Positions 49,830 to 63,816 of a stretch of DNA of 64,000 nucleotides are shown piece by piece. Source of the stretch: Parasitella parasitica NRRL 2501 (taxonomy: Eukaryota > Fungi > Mucoromycota); contig MU619268.1 of assembly GCA_025201805.1 (NCBI GenBank), positions 3,472 through 67,471 of the forward strand, given 5' to 3'. Each line of letters starts with the position of its first letter. The first letter of the stretch is position 1. The position numbers were made by a program, and so were the translations under genes. The notes beneath the pieces are model-generated. The model had not been told where the DNA came from. It was given only the letters and a program-made list of their open reading frames with translations, and searched no databases.

Positions 49830-51669
49830 ATGGCAACTGAGAGAATATCGCAGATCTTGCCCACAGTGAAATGCTCAGATTGTGGAAGGGGTATTAATAT
49901 CCGCCAGCTAGAAGGGCATCTCTGCACAAGTCAACCGCCATTGCCTTCATTACCCATTATTCCTCAAGCAAAAGGTATAAAATGCATTTGTTAGGGAGAG
50001 AAACATAATTTTCTAAATTAACAATGACGCTGCGATTTTTATTTTCTAGACAAATTTAGTAAAATGGCAAACAGCAGCAATTTCAGCAAACCAATTTCAC
50101 CATTGCAGAGCCCAAATGGGTCCACTTATAGTGGCAGAAAGAATGATTTTTATTCACCCAATGCAACAACAACGGTGGGGTCAGTTACACCGCCCTATTA
50201 TAGTGGAATGGCTAAAGATCTGCAACGTCCTGTAATGAAAGACACCTATACTGACGACTTTGACAAAATACCTTATAAAACTTTCCACAACAGTAATAGC
50301 AACATGGATTTACCGAGAAAAAATAGCACATCTCCAGCACCTGCAAGTCCAAACTCATATCGGTAATTCAATGTTTATTAAAATACCCAAGATTGTTTTG
50401 TAACCGTTGTATTGTAGGAATAGGAATGATTCTTACCCTGATATCAGTACACGCTATGGTAAATATGTAGATTTTCAATCAACTATAAGCACATGTTAAC
50501 ATGTAGAACAGAAGGAATCAGAAACCAATCATTAGGCAATATATATCAGCAACAACAGCACTCTCATTCCACTCCCATTGCAAATTCTTACAAGAGCAGT
50601 AGTGGTGCCCTGGATAATTTGATGGCCGATCTCATGAATTCGATGAACGATGATATTCACTTATCTGATAAAAGCGACACTCATTTACCACAGAGCAAAT
50701 CTTCTAGTTGCAATGTCTGCAGAGAAGATTTCGATTACAGAGACGATGTGAAAACTGTTGGGAGCAAGGTTTGTTTTTAGGTCTTACCAAAATATATGAA
50801 GAAAACACTAACACATGTATAGTGTTACCATAGGGCATGTTTTTCTTGCCGCCTGTGTAGCACTCCATTTGATCAACGTTGTCCACATCATGAGCACGAA
50901 GGCAAACTCTATTGCGAGAGAGATTTTCATGTGGTCAAGAATCGTATCATGTGCGCTTCTTGGTAAGAACTCAATCAATACGCAAATATAAAACATATGT
51001 ACTAAGCTTGATTCTATCAGTGATCGAGCAATTCCACCTTCGATAGCACCTATTAAAGCGTTAGGCAAATTTTATCATCCAGGCCATATCAAATGTTATC
51101 ATTGTTATGAAGGCATCGATGATCGCACCGGATGGAAAGAACATCAAGGCCGTGTCTATTGCAAACAAGATTTCAAATCTTTATTTTTACCAAAATGCAG
51201 AGCTTGCCATAAAACTGTGGAAAAGAATGCTGTATCAGCTATGGATGGAAAGTTGAAAGGAAAATGGCACCTGGAATGCTTTGGATGTCATACATGTCAT
51301 AGACCATTCCCAGATAACACGTTTTATGTATTTGAAGATGCGCCGTACTGCAAACGACATTACCATGAGCTGAATAACAGTTTATGCAAGAGATGCGTTG
51401 ACCCAATTGAAGGGTACTGTGCTTATACAAGCCCTGAAAATTGGAGATTCCATCCCAATTGCTTTACGTGTGAGGTAACATGATTATACGCTAGTATAGA
51501 AGATGTGCAGCATACTAACATGTAGTTGTATTAGACTTGCTATATAAGATTAGACAATGAATACTATGTTACAAATGGGAGAATTTACTGCGAAAAAGAT
51601 ATTAAGCATCAATACAACCAGAAAAATTATGATCTGACTAAACGGAAAACGCAAATGTACAATATTTAA
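49830..51669 (+). CDS. LIM-domain (paxillin/PXL1-like) protein, multi-exon
   Basis: N-terminal 'LPTVKCSDCG...HLC'; repeated LIM motifs such as 'CRACHK...KWHLECFGCHTC...PYCKRHYH' and 'CKRC..PIEG...RFHPNCFTC'. Confidence 0.9.
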
Positions 51670-52859
51670 ATCACCCAATTTCGCTTGTAGATATCTTGAA
51701 ACCACTAGTTACCCTCCCATTATATCTTGACTAGATTTATCACTAATTTTGCTATTAATATATATATATATATGATATATCCTTATTCTTGCTTGTAAAT
51801 GAGCTATAAACGCATTGTATACAATGAATTGCGGGAACTATGGTAAATTACATCAGGCTTCTGTAGTAACACTTCAATTAAATACTCAGTTTACATTAAC
51901 ACGCAAAGAGAGCTTATAAACTGCACAAGTATTTCGGACAAGAAAAACGACATTTGACGTTTATGAAGGGTGGGGGATGTCGAAGACATGTAGATATTAA
52001 TTTCTTTTGAATACGTACATCTGGTTTGTTAATAATAATTGAGTGAGAGATGCTCAATTTTGGCTGAACAAACACATTGATTTAGATTTACTATTCGTGT
52101 ATACTTTAATAGATTGGGCTGATTTGTTGGGTATTAATTCATGACCCACACAAAGTAACTGCAAACTGGAACCTCGTTTTTAGGAGTGCTAAATGTACTA
52201 CAAAAGTGTGTGTTTTGTGTGCTACAGCTCGGATTATCCAGGTACCAACATTTTGCACGTATACATATATACTTGATTTAAATAGTTTTGAAACCATATA
52301 CTGTACTTTATTTAGGGAACGTTCGTTTTTCGGATGTTTGTATCCAGGGATAATGTTGGTTTACAATAATTGTTTAAAAATAAAAGATTCAAGGAGCTGA
52401 CGATATTTTGGGATATTTTTCTCTCAGTGCAAATTACACTTTTGTGATATCTTTTAAAAATATCTGAAATCAGATATATAGAATAGGATTATATTACAAG
52501 TAATACCGTGCATGCAGCTTGTAATTGCGTTGGATTGCTAGTATCGCACTTTTGTAATCTATTTTTTACATCGAAACACAGAAAATCTTTATCTTAATTG
52601 TCTTGATGCATCAAAGGCCAAGTATTCGTATATGATAAACCTGAAAGAACGTGCTTACCTTCATAAAATATATCTCATTTTTCTTGTAATACATAAATTG
52701 TGCTTATTTTCGTTCTAAACTTCTAAAATCAAGTTTGCTTGTGTTTCAATACAGGTTTTATGTTACTAAATATGTGTGCAATGGTGCGAACCACTTTATA
52801 AATATTTATATATAAAAAAAAATATAGGTGTTTATACAAAAATGTTACGCAATTGTGAA

Positions 52860-54236
52860 TTAATTTATGCCAGCATGATTAAATCCAAACCACCAAATCA
52901 AGATACCAGCTACTATTAATAAAATGATGAAGATGATAAAGCAAATCCATTTTTTCTACGTATGAAGCGTTAGCAGCTTGCCCCTGGAATGTAGATCAGT
53001 GATCAACTTACAGCACGTGTGCTTTTAGCACTGACAATAGCTTTGGTTACATCTCTGTTTCCCTGCTCTAAATCAGCTACTGTAGTTTCTGCATGAGTTT
53101 CGATTTGATTTATAGTCTCTGCCTGCTGCTCAACCATCATTTGCATATCCACAAACAGTTGGTGTAGTTCAAGAATAGTCTTTTCGATCTTTTTGATATC
53201 ATCATGCCTAGATTGTACTTCAGATAACACGGCCTTTGCCTGTCCAGATTTGCTTGACTGCATCAATGATTGAGCAAATATTTGAGGTGGCTCATCAGAG
53301 TCCAAAACTTGCTCAATGTCATCCGGTGTAGCATTGGGTTGCACAATTCTGATCTGTCTTTCAACTCTTTGTCTGTACTTTTGTTGGTATGTTCTTTCAA
53401 TATCTTGATATCTTTGAATAGTTTCGATGAATTTCTTCTTCAAAGCGGCATGCTGGGTTTTACGCATCGGTAAATCACCAACAGTAGCTGGCATACGAGC
53501 AATACCCAGTTCAATGGCTTTAATCTTTGTTTTACATTGATTATTAAGTTTGGTAGTTTGTTTGACAGTTTTTTCCAATCTGTACACATTTTCTTCAGTT
53601 TGCTCGTCATTAATATTAGATAGTGCTTTGCCATGTAATTCCTCGATCAAATTGATGTTGTTAATAATTTTGCGATTAATGTCTTTGATTTCTTCGACCT
53701 AAAATATAAAAAAGTCAATGCTGTATAAAACAGACATTATAATGTAAAATATACCTCCTGGAAAAACTGATCTGTTGTAATGACTCCATCAAGTTGGACT
53801 GAGGTGGTGCGCTGGCTCATCTCATAAGCTTCTTTATTATCTGCATGTCGATCACCACGTGAGTCACTGTTATAAATTGGTGAGGGAGGTGCTGGCGGTC
53901 GGTAGCTAGTATCATGTCTACCAGTTGGCATAGGAGGCATTTGTTCATAATCATCACTAAAAAAAAGGAGGGAAATTTGATTAGAATTCGCCTATTTTCA
54001 GTTTCTGAAAACATCAAGATGCTGTACCTGAGACGACTAAGAGTCAAAAAAAGAAAATCAGTAGATGCTACTTTATATCAAGTCATTACGAATTTTACTT
54101 ACTCATATTTTTTTTCATTGTTGTTTGAGCCCTAATAATAATTTTAATTGTTTTGCAGCTTTCTTTTTGTATTAAGTTGGCTTACACGAAGTTCAGCTAA
54201 ACGATCTCTGCTCATAGTAAATCTTGATCCAGACAT
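52860..54236 (-). CDS. Plasma-membrane syntaxin t-SNARE (SSO1/2-like)
   Basis: 'MSRDRLAEL', Habc helices, the SNARE motif 'LSEVQSRHDDIKKIEKTILELHQLF.DM..MVEQQ' and the C-terminal TM 'KKWICFIIFIILLIVAGILIWWF'. Confidence 0.94.
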
Positions 54237-54448
54237 TTTGCTCTAGTAGAAGAAAGAAAGAAGATGTAATCCGGTGTTTAAAGGAAAGTAAGAAGGAGGG
54301 AATGGGAAGTAAAAGATGAAAGAAAGAAAATTGAACAATTAGACACCATAAAGAAATTTATATATTGTCTCGAAGGTAGTACAATGCAAATTAAAAGCTA
54401 TATATTTGCTCCAGTTTTATTATTAACAGCACAAATCCCAAATCTAGA

Positions 54449-55264
54449 CTAATTTTCAGCCTTTTTCTTTTTCTTTTCTTCAATTTTATCGATATTCTCT
54501 GCAGGAACCTCTTTGCTCCATTGTGATAGAATCATTTCGTACACTTCGTCCATGAAATCACCTTGAACAACAATTTCATCGAGATTTTGGTTATTCTTTG
54601 CAACGGAAGAGCCACATGCGAATTTATTAGCGAACAACTTAGCTGCTTTCTTGATATCAACCCCAAAGATATCCAAACCATAGATAGTAGTAACAGATTT
54701 TCTCTTTGTTCTTTCAATACGTTTAATAATCACACGAGAAGCCTAATCGAAAATAATAAGTTCCATGGTATATAACCTAAGCTTCTTCCCAACTGATCTA
54801 CCATTTTCTTTTTGATTTCACGTTCCAATTTAGCCTCAAGCTTGGCCGATTTATCCTTTACTACTGCTCTATTCTTTTTGTCGCTAGAGTTGGTCTCAAT
54901 AGCTACCATTTGAACACCTTCAGTGACACCTGCATATCAAGAACGTCAATAATTATGCTTTTTGAAATTTAGTTCGCCATGGTAACCTTCGACACCGCCA
55001 TAAACTTTTTCGTACATGTCTTCATCTTTTTCCTTTAACCATAATTTACATTTCTCCTGTGTACCACTGAATTCACAGTACTATCAAACAAATAATTAGT
55101 ATCGAACAATATTTTTACGCTTTGGGATTATATTTACTTCTAATGGCATAGTACAGACTGGAAAAAAAAGTTATTCAAGAATTTCAAAAAAAAATCTCGC
55201 TATTGTCTGGTTATATTAACTACTTACTGCCACATAAAAAGACCTTACAAGGTTGGATAGACAT
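54449..55264 (-). CDS. TMA22: Translation machinery-associated protein 22 / density-regulated protein (SUI1 domain)
   Basis: 'FLCGICTMPLEYCEFSGT..KCKLWL' and the SUI1 domain 'IKRIERTKRKSVTTIYGL...AAKLFANKFACGSSV...DEIVVQGD'. Confidence 0.94.
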
Positions 55265-56079
55265 ATTCACTTGTTTAACGAAAAGCGAAGAGAGTTAAAT
55301 GCGTGTATATTAAAAAAAGAGATGGATATTTTTTTTTCTTGTTTTTTTAGGTTACAATGTATTTTAGCAGTCATCCTATTCAATACGGTACTATTCACCA
55401 AATAGACCGTTACAGCATCTTTGTGTTTTCATTTCAAAGTAAGTTTGTTTTATATCAAAAGTTGGCACTTATCAGTGGGCGTATTGTGTATATCACGTGA
55501 TTAAACATGTGTAAATCAGTGAATTAATCCGTTACCTTATCATATAGTGTTTGCTTTAGTGGTCGTTGCCATATATAAAAGATTTGATTTCATTGATTAT
55601 ATTGATAAGAGTCAGGAGCCCTACAAAAATCGACAAGGAAAATTGGGAAACTGACATTTTTCACATAGCTTATTGTAAAAATAATTGATGTGTAGAAGCT
55701 GTCTTTATTTCATAAATAACAGATAATACTTGGTAGTAGAACCGAGATCTAACTTGGAAAGCATCGTGTTGATTTACCATTATCTGATAACAACGTTTTA
55801 ATCGATGTATTCATTGACAATACCTTTAAAATCATCATCAGAATACCATATTTCATATGAAAATTGCATCTGATCGCTGATAGGCTACGATAAAGTGCTA
55901 AATAAATCTGTTTTATGCGTCAGTAAACTAGGCATGATCATCGCTATCTGAGCATTAGTTGATTCCCACTGGGCATGTCTCCATCAAAAGTTAAGTACAA
56001 AAACAATTTAATTTTACATATTTGGTCATAACTTCTGCTAGAAGAATCGTAAATATAAAGTGCAAACTAATCATAGTAG

Positions 56080-56385
56080 ATTTTGGAATCTTGTTAGTGG
56101 AAAAACCTGTCTTTATCTGTTTTATCCTATATTTTATCTTTCTAATCAATCAAAGCCTAGTAATTAATTTTTGCTATAATTGATCCCTACTACTACCGGT
56201 TAACATCCTTTATAAGAGAATTTATTCCTATAAACTACTGACTTGCCTCTTGTACATGCTGTTAACTTACTACTTGTCCAGTAATATCTACATAACGTAA
56301 TGGCTCGAATAACAATGTTAGCAACAATTAATTAGATATGACAATCTCTGCTATGAGCATAATATGAGTAGTACATCGCTCTACA
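56080..56385 (+). repeat. Dispersed non-coding repeat related to about 5330-5630
   Basis: Shared blocks GCTGT(C/T)AA..TTACT(T/A)CTTGTCCA(A/G)TAATATCTACATA, CAACAATTA and TAGTACATC..TCTAC in the same order. Confidence 0.6.
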
Positions 56386-56803
56386 CATTTTATTGGATAA
56401 TCATATTGATCATAAAGACGGAGTAAAATGGTATGACACTTATATGGATGCTTCTTAGTAATTATTTACTTATTATGGAGTGATTCTAGAGACTGTATAC
56501 TATATTGGCAGTATTTTGATTACTACATTATGAAGGGAAACTATATCAAAATTTTGATTCATCTTATAGAATTTTGCATAAATTTTCTGCGATTAGTGGT
56601 TCATTCAGTGTATTGAACTCGTTAGAGGCCCAAGCTTTGTAAAAAAAATTATGGATCATCAGAAAAAGAATATAAAATACTTCAAACTGATATCTACTAT
56701 TTTCATTTTTATTTTTTACACATCAAGACACCATTTGCAGTAAATGATGAAATTTTGAGGTTCGTAATAATACAATTGTTCTTGGAAATATAACTTTCAA
56801 AGT

Positions 56804-58815
56804 CTAATAGTCATTTCCGATTTTTAAACTAATAAATCCCGCAATACCTGCCATAATCGCACCAATTCTTAATATAATTCCAATTGCATCAGTTGATTTT
56901 TCACTGCTTTCCAAAACACGGAAGATGATACTGCTGAAAAATGTCACCAGAAACTGAGGAAGAACAATATACATGTTATGAATTCCCAAAAGCACACCAG
57001 CAGCAGGGGGAGTGTCATTTTCATCAAATCGATGATGTATATTATTACTTCGAGCAGTACTTGTTTCTCCATTTGGCTGTAACTGTTCCTCTTGATCCGC
57101 TTGTTTAATACCCAACATTTCAATGTCTTCTTCATCTGTTGATACAGGATGGTATATTGTTGGTTCCGTACCAATAATTCCAGCACTTGCTATACTAGTT
57201 CTGGATATCATCATCTCTGGGTGGAAACTAACTTCATTTGCATGATCTCCACCGTTTATATTTGCTGCTCGTAATTCTTGTTCTGAAATGTATTCACCAA
57301 GCAAAGAAAAGGGTGCCCACATTGAGATAGCCCAACTGATTCCGCACAATCCAATGACAATAGCTGCAGCTGTAACGTCGGATACAAGGATTGTTGATAG
57401 CATGCAAATACAGAAAATAAAATGGCTCAATGTCCACGCACAGGAAAGAGTCAAAAAGGAGGGCTTCAGATATGTCAAAAATGACAGTTTGCATTCTCTT
57501 TTCCCAAGTAATCGAAAGGTATAAGCATTATGATCATCCTCGAATTTGGAAGATGACGGTGATACAAATAGTGGTATCACGAACGAGGATGATAATGATA
57601 CCAATGAATACACTAGGAATGCAAAAGAACCAGCTCTGGTCGCTTTACCAACTTTATCTTGAACAGTATCGTCGTCTAGGGATGTCTTATTGTATATTTC
57701 TGCAACCCAAGTAGTCGAATAAAAGAGAAATGGAAACCATCCAATCCAGGCAAAGAATTGTACATTACATATGCGTTGAATTGGTTTGGGTAAATGCCAA
57801 ATACTCTGAAAAATATCTGAAAATAGAGCAAAAGGGGATCTCTTTTTTCTCGATCTATGCAAAACATTGAGTACTATTTTATGTGTCAAAATCAATATAT
57901 GTTTTACGTACCCATTGGTATAATCTACTTTGTATACTTTTTCTTTTACAGAATAACAGGTAACCCAATCACAGCCTAATAGTATAATGACAGCAAAAAC
58001 GCAAAGCACTTTCAACTGTGTATCTCCAAAAAATGGAAATACTTGAACCAGATCAGCATATCCCATAAAATATCCAGCTACATTTCCCAACCCAACCATT
58101 CTTCCTGCCCAAGCTGTCCCATCTTCTTGTTGAGAAGGCGGCAATGAGTCAACAATCAGTGCTCTACAAGAGGCTTGAACTTCAAATCATATTAATTTGT
58201 TTGAAAGTTTAAAATAATCACCATTTCTTACCGCAATTAATGCTGAAATCCAGAATATAAATCGAGGCAATTGCAATAATGATCGATACAACTTTAAACT
58301 AATTTACTGTTACTAATCGTTCTATTCACTGATACCAAAGCCACATACTGTTTCTCCTTCTTCTGTATTCGTGAAAAATCTTGTAAGTTCGCGAGTCCAT
58401 CCTATGGCTAACAAACTGAAGACTACAATAATGCTGCCTCCAACTAAAAATGGTCTTCGTCTTCCCCATTTTGACTTGCAGCTATCAGAGATAACCCCGA
58501 CTATGGGCTGCATAATGAGACCTGAAATATGCAATCATAAATTAGATGTTTGTTCTGTAACGGACACTAGTACACCTTCAGTTTACCTGACAAAGGCCCA
58601 GCAATCCACACCAAGGACATGTATGACTTTGATAGACCGAGTGAAAGTAAATATGGAGTACCTAATCAAATTATGAATGACATTATAGCAAGGTCAAGTC
58701 TTTTAAGTTTACCATAAGCCATCTCTACTGTCCCTATACAAGTCAATCGCTGTTAGTTAGCTACTAACTTGTGATAATCCGATGTTTTATTATAACCCTT
58801 ACATGTGAACTGAAG

Positions 58816-58879
<64 letters not shown>

Positions 58880-59170
58880 NNNNNNNNNNACAGTTGAAAT
58901 GGATACATTTAATTTCATTACTAGAATAAGCAACATCTATATACCTTACCCTGCTAAACAAAGTGTCAATAATATGATTTTCGTGGTATTATTTGTTCCA
59001 CAAATATATGATTCACTGTTATCAGAATTTGCGAGTGTATTTGCTGCATATGAAGGGAGCATTGGTGCTTGGGCATCGTCTGCTTGATTTTCATCGTGTA
59101 TGTTACTTGGAGGGTCAAAAAGATGTGGTTCGTTGTATATATCGGGCAAATTTCGGTGTAGCTGAGCCAT
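56804..59170 (-). CDS. MFS/GPH-family alpha-glucoside (sucrose/maltose)-proton symporter, S. pombe Sut1/SLC45-like
   Basis: 'LTLCLAGLQFTWTVEMAYGTPY', 'WIAGPLSGLIMQPIVG..SD....WGRRRPF', 'QFFAWIGWFPFLFYSTTWV' and 'GVLLGIHNMYIVLPQF'. Confidence 0.92.
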
Positions 59171-61209
59171 TTATATTTACATAAAGATAAAAAAGTAATG
59201 TAATAAAAAAAGATGGCCAACTTTTCTCGCAAGAAACAGAAGTTGTAATAGTATATGTTTCAGTGACGTAAAAACAGAGACTTTGCTGTTACCCTAGTTG
59301 GTGATTGGAAGAAACTAGCTGAATAGGTAGAACTTGTGTCACCCCAAACTCTCAATGATATTGATGAAAATGCTTCAGGCACAAGTTGGTGTATAAAACA
59401 GTGTCGGGTGTTGGCTTTGATTTGATATAGCGAGATAACCAGATTTAAATCTTACACATTTTTTCATAAAGATGGCATTGTAGCTATTCAGTTTTAAGAC
59501 ACCTATCGAGTGCTTATATGGAGTACGAAACATCTGCTAATATATCAAGAATTTATGCAACATGGGAAGCTAAAACAAACAACATGATATTCCTAAGAAC
59601 ACTGGCTTGCAGTTGTGAGATTTCACTCAACGAAAGCCGGGCATTCACGTGCCAAGCGTAAAGTGGATGAGTATGTTTATATAGTAATGAATAAGCTACA
59701 GCTTCCGTTTTCTTGGTTTTCTCGTTGTTCTTGTGGAATGCATTGTACTTTATAATTGAATATAGAGTTGAATGTAACTGTAAGGTTGCGCGTCTCCATA
59801 ATTGAGAGCGGACTTAACGGTTGCTCAAGTTTTCTCCACATTTGCCTCTTCAGTTCGCGTTGTGCCTACATAAACGAGTTCTTATTGGTTCAGTTGTTGA
59901 GTAACTTCGGAGATCTGATGGTATCTTGTGTTTGCAGTATTTTGCTTGTCTTAACAGCCATTGATAGCCACCCTAGCTGTTTATCTTCCCGGTATCCAAT
60001 ATTTTCTTGTCATTGGTGAAGGCTTCAAGCTATATTTCCTAGTTATACATCAAAGAGATCAAACGTTATTCATTTTCTATTATTGACAAACGTTTGACTC
60101 TGTGGAATGTATGGTATACTAGTCGTACAAAATTTGAGTGGTAACATCTATTTAAACCTAATCTTGAATTTGCAAATTTAATTCCATTCTTAGATCAATT
60201 GTAGTAGAAAATAAAATATAAAAATGAATAATATAATTTGATGGCGATCTTTTCAATTGATATTTATCTGGGAGAAACCTGTCAATATGGGCATCAAAAA
60301 AATGGTTTGTTAAATTAAATAGAGCAAGCATAGACCAAGTACAAATATATAGGCTTGAATAAAATCCATAAGATAAAATCGTATTTTATAATCTTAATTA
60401 GAGTTGCTTCTATTCATTTATTATGTGGTATATTCTCTAGTGTAATCCGTTGATAATTTGTTGCCATAGCAACTGATCCGCCATAGCAATTAATCCAGGG
60501 GTAATTTTTTTGACACTTCTTGCCATGATGACCATCGTTAAGAGAAAAAATATCTGGACTTTATCAATAATAGTAAAATGACTTTTTATAACAAAAACAA
60601 ACTGCCTCCCATATTCTTCACATACTACACTCCCCATAACATTAAGAATATGTGTTATAAGGCACCAATAAATCGAAATGAGGAAAGGGTGAATAAAGCT
60701 TAGCGTCGATTAATACATATTGCGTGCAATTCTTATACAAACCATATGTTTATTTGCTCATCAAGGTTTTCAAATACCGAGGGAAGGGATACATAAATAT
60801 CCTTTGATTTTTGTCTTAAATGTTCGGTGCAACCAATCCCCATAGTCCTTGTTCATCCTTTAATATGTGACATTTTTGGTAATAAGTTACTATATGATTT
60901 TACGTGAGAACAATTTTACAAATGAAAACTGTTGCAAATTGAAATCCTATCAGATCAAACGTAAATACAATATCCATATATGGCCCCGAGACAATGGAGC
61001 AGGAAAACATCTACACATGGGTGACCGCCATCTGTGACACTGGATCTATTGACACAGATTGAGTCGAATTATATCCTTATTTGGGATTACAATACGCTCA
61101 TATAAATGAAGCAGGGTCAACAGGATATAACGACGATGATTTCGATTAACAATACGTGGCATCAATGCAGTCCAAGATCTTCACCTGCAAGCAAATCCTA
61201 AGAGTGAAA

Positions 61210-61360
61210 ATGACTCAGAATGAAGAGATGTTTCACACAATCACGTGTAGCATAGCCAATTAGTGATTATTTGATTACTCAATGACAACTCCCGATATGC
61301 TTTGAGCTTCAAACCACTGTTATAAAAAAAAATCAAAAAAAAATCAGAGGGTATATAATC
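61210..61360 (+). promoter_or_regulatory. PDX1 promoter: Gcn4/CpcA-type site TGACTCA (61211-61217), E-box CACGTG (61242-61247), CCAAT (61256-61260), TATA-like (~61352)
   Basis: The motifs lie 80-225 bp upstream of the ATG. SNZ1 is a known Gcn4 target in yeast; function here is inferred. Confidence 0.5.
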
Positions 61361-61434
61361 GAAATTCTCCAAACCCATATTTCAAAATCTTCTTCTTTCC
61401 CTACCTCTCTTTCTTTTTAAAAAAAATTAATAAT

Positions 61435-62574
61435 ATGTCTGCTTCTTTCGCTGTTCCTGCAAACCTTCATTCCAACAAAACCGAAGAAAATGGCTCTAAT
61501 GGTCAATCTTACAGACTAAATGCTGGTTTGGCTCAAATGTTCAAGGTTTGTTGACAATGTGTTAGACACGAAATTTCTCGTCTCTAATAAATCATTGTAG
61601 GGTGGTGTCATCATGGATGTCATCAATGCTGAACAAGCCAGAATCGCTGAAGAAGCTGGTGCCTGTGCTGTCATGGCCTTGGAGCGTGTTCCCGCTGATA
61701 TCCGCAAGAACGGTAAGTTGTCATTCTTGACGTGAACTGCGCATATTGCTATCAAAATGAGTCGTTTTGACTAACGTTACAAAATTAGGTGGTGTTGCCC
61801 GTATGTCCGATCCCCAAATGATTAAAGAGATCATTGAGGCTGTCACCATTCCTGTCATGGCCAAGGTCCGTATCGGTCACTTTGTTGAAGCTCAAATCAT
61901 TGAGTCTATTGGCGTTGACTACATTGATGAATCCGAAGTTTTGACCCCTGCTGATGAAGCCAACCACATCAGCAAGCGCAATTTTAAGGTTCCTTTTGTC
62001 TGTGGTGCTAAGAATCTTGGTGAAGCTCTCCGTCGTATCAACGAAGGTGCTGCCATGATCCGTACCAAGGGTGAGGCGGGTACTGGTAACGTTGTTGAAG
62101 CTGTCCGCCACATGCGTACTGTTACCTCAGAAATCCGTCGTGCCTCTGTCATGTCTGATGAAGAGCTCTATGCTTATGCCAAGGATCTCCAAGCTCCTTA
62201 CGACTTGCTCAAGGAAACTGCTAAACTCGGTCGTCTCCCTGTCGTTAATTTTGCTGCCGGCGGTGTTGCCACCCCTGCTGATGCTGCTCTGATGATGGTA
62301 ATATATTTAAAATTGCGTGTAAGCATGTAGCTAAAGACTGATGTATTGATTTTTTGCGACATAGCAATTGGGTTGTGATGGTGTCTTTGTTGGTTCTGGC
62401 ATCTTCAAGTCTGGTGATCCATCCAAACGTGCCAAGGCCATTGTTCAAGCCGTCACTCACTTTAACGACGCTAAGGTTTTGGCCGAGGTCTCTGAAAATC
62501 TCGGTGAGGCTATGGTTGGTATTAACTTGGATGATTTGTCTGAAAATGAGAAGTATGCCAAGCGTGGTTGGTAA
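61435..62574 (+). CDS. PDX1: Pyridoxal 5'-phosphate synthase subunit (SNZ1/PDX1)
   Basis: '[42 protein letters not shown]', 'GGVARMSDP', '[37 protein letters not shown]' and the terminal 'AKRGW'. Confidence 0.98.
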
Positions 62575-63816
62575 AACCATTTCACTCATTCCATAACTCC
62601 AAAAAAAAAATAAGAATTCCCATTTAAAATCTTTTTTTACAAAAGAAATTCATCATTCCTCATGGTGCGGGCAAGAGAAATTTGTAACTTGTATAGAAAA
62701 ATAGCTTCGCTGATAATGTATAAATAAAAATATTCACAAAACAGAGTATCTCACTCATAATCTATTTCTCTACAAAATTATAAATCTGCACATTTACCGA
62801 TGTTTCTGTGTGAAAATATCTAATATATTAGACTTTTTAAGATGAAACACACACATGTATTATGCTCTATCTAATTGCATAGACAGTAATAGCAACATCT
62901 TCAAGCAAATAACCTAATTTAGCTCACATCTTCATTTCTCTCAAAATGTTCACAAAATTTTCTGAATTTTGCGACGTTATAAGCTTGAATAAAGTATACT
63001 CCTTCAAGTTAACTACATGTACTTACCTTGCTTTGTCGTTAAATCTTAAACTGCCTTACATACCAATAAACAAATCTATTTCGTACGCTTTTGCAAACCT
63101 TCCTCCATAATCATGTGTTAAAATTACAAAGGTAAAACTATTCAGAAAATAATCAACTCATTGACAAAGCTTCCTCTATTAAGAAGTTTCACATCATAAT
63201 CCCTATTGCAACTGAGATATCTTCATTTTATTCAAGTAGAAATTTTCATCAGCTGTTAATCTCTTATGGAAGACTAATGGATCAACAGTGAGATGGTAGC
63301 AACCTTATAAATAAAAGCATGATTTTGGAGATGAGAACATTAAAGAAGTGAAGGCATGTAAGATTACATATAGAACGTTGGTATAATTTAGCCAAGTATC
63401 GCTGAAGCAAATCTGACTTTTCCATGTAGATTTCGAAATCAGAGATTTATTTCCAAGCAACTTTAATCAATTCAAGTGAAAACTTGAGTGTTATTTGCCA
63501 TTCTATCTCTAATTCTCAAATAGCCATATGATTGTACCTGAAGTATACCAGAGTTATCTTTTGTACACTGCTTGTGACGCAATTCAAACCCTCCCCGCAA
63601 AATGAAAAGAAAAGGGAAGTTTACAAGATTTTTTATTTTTTTTTACCTCCTTTTCTTCTTCTCTTCCTCCTCTTTATACTTCTTTCTTTACTCGAAAAGT
63701 GGTGTAAAAGATACCAATTCATACTTACTACGGCATACCATTGATCCTTCCAACGTAGAATCATCATTTTTGATCTAAAAAAACCAACATTCAGATACAT
63801 TTCAACATAAAACGAC

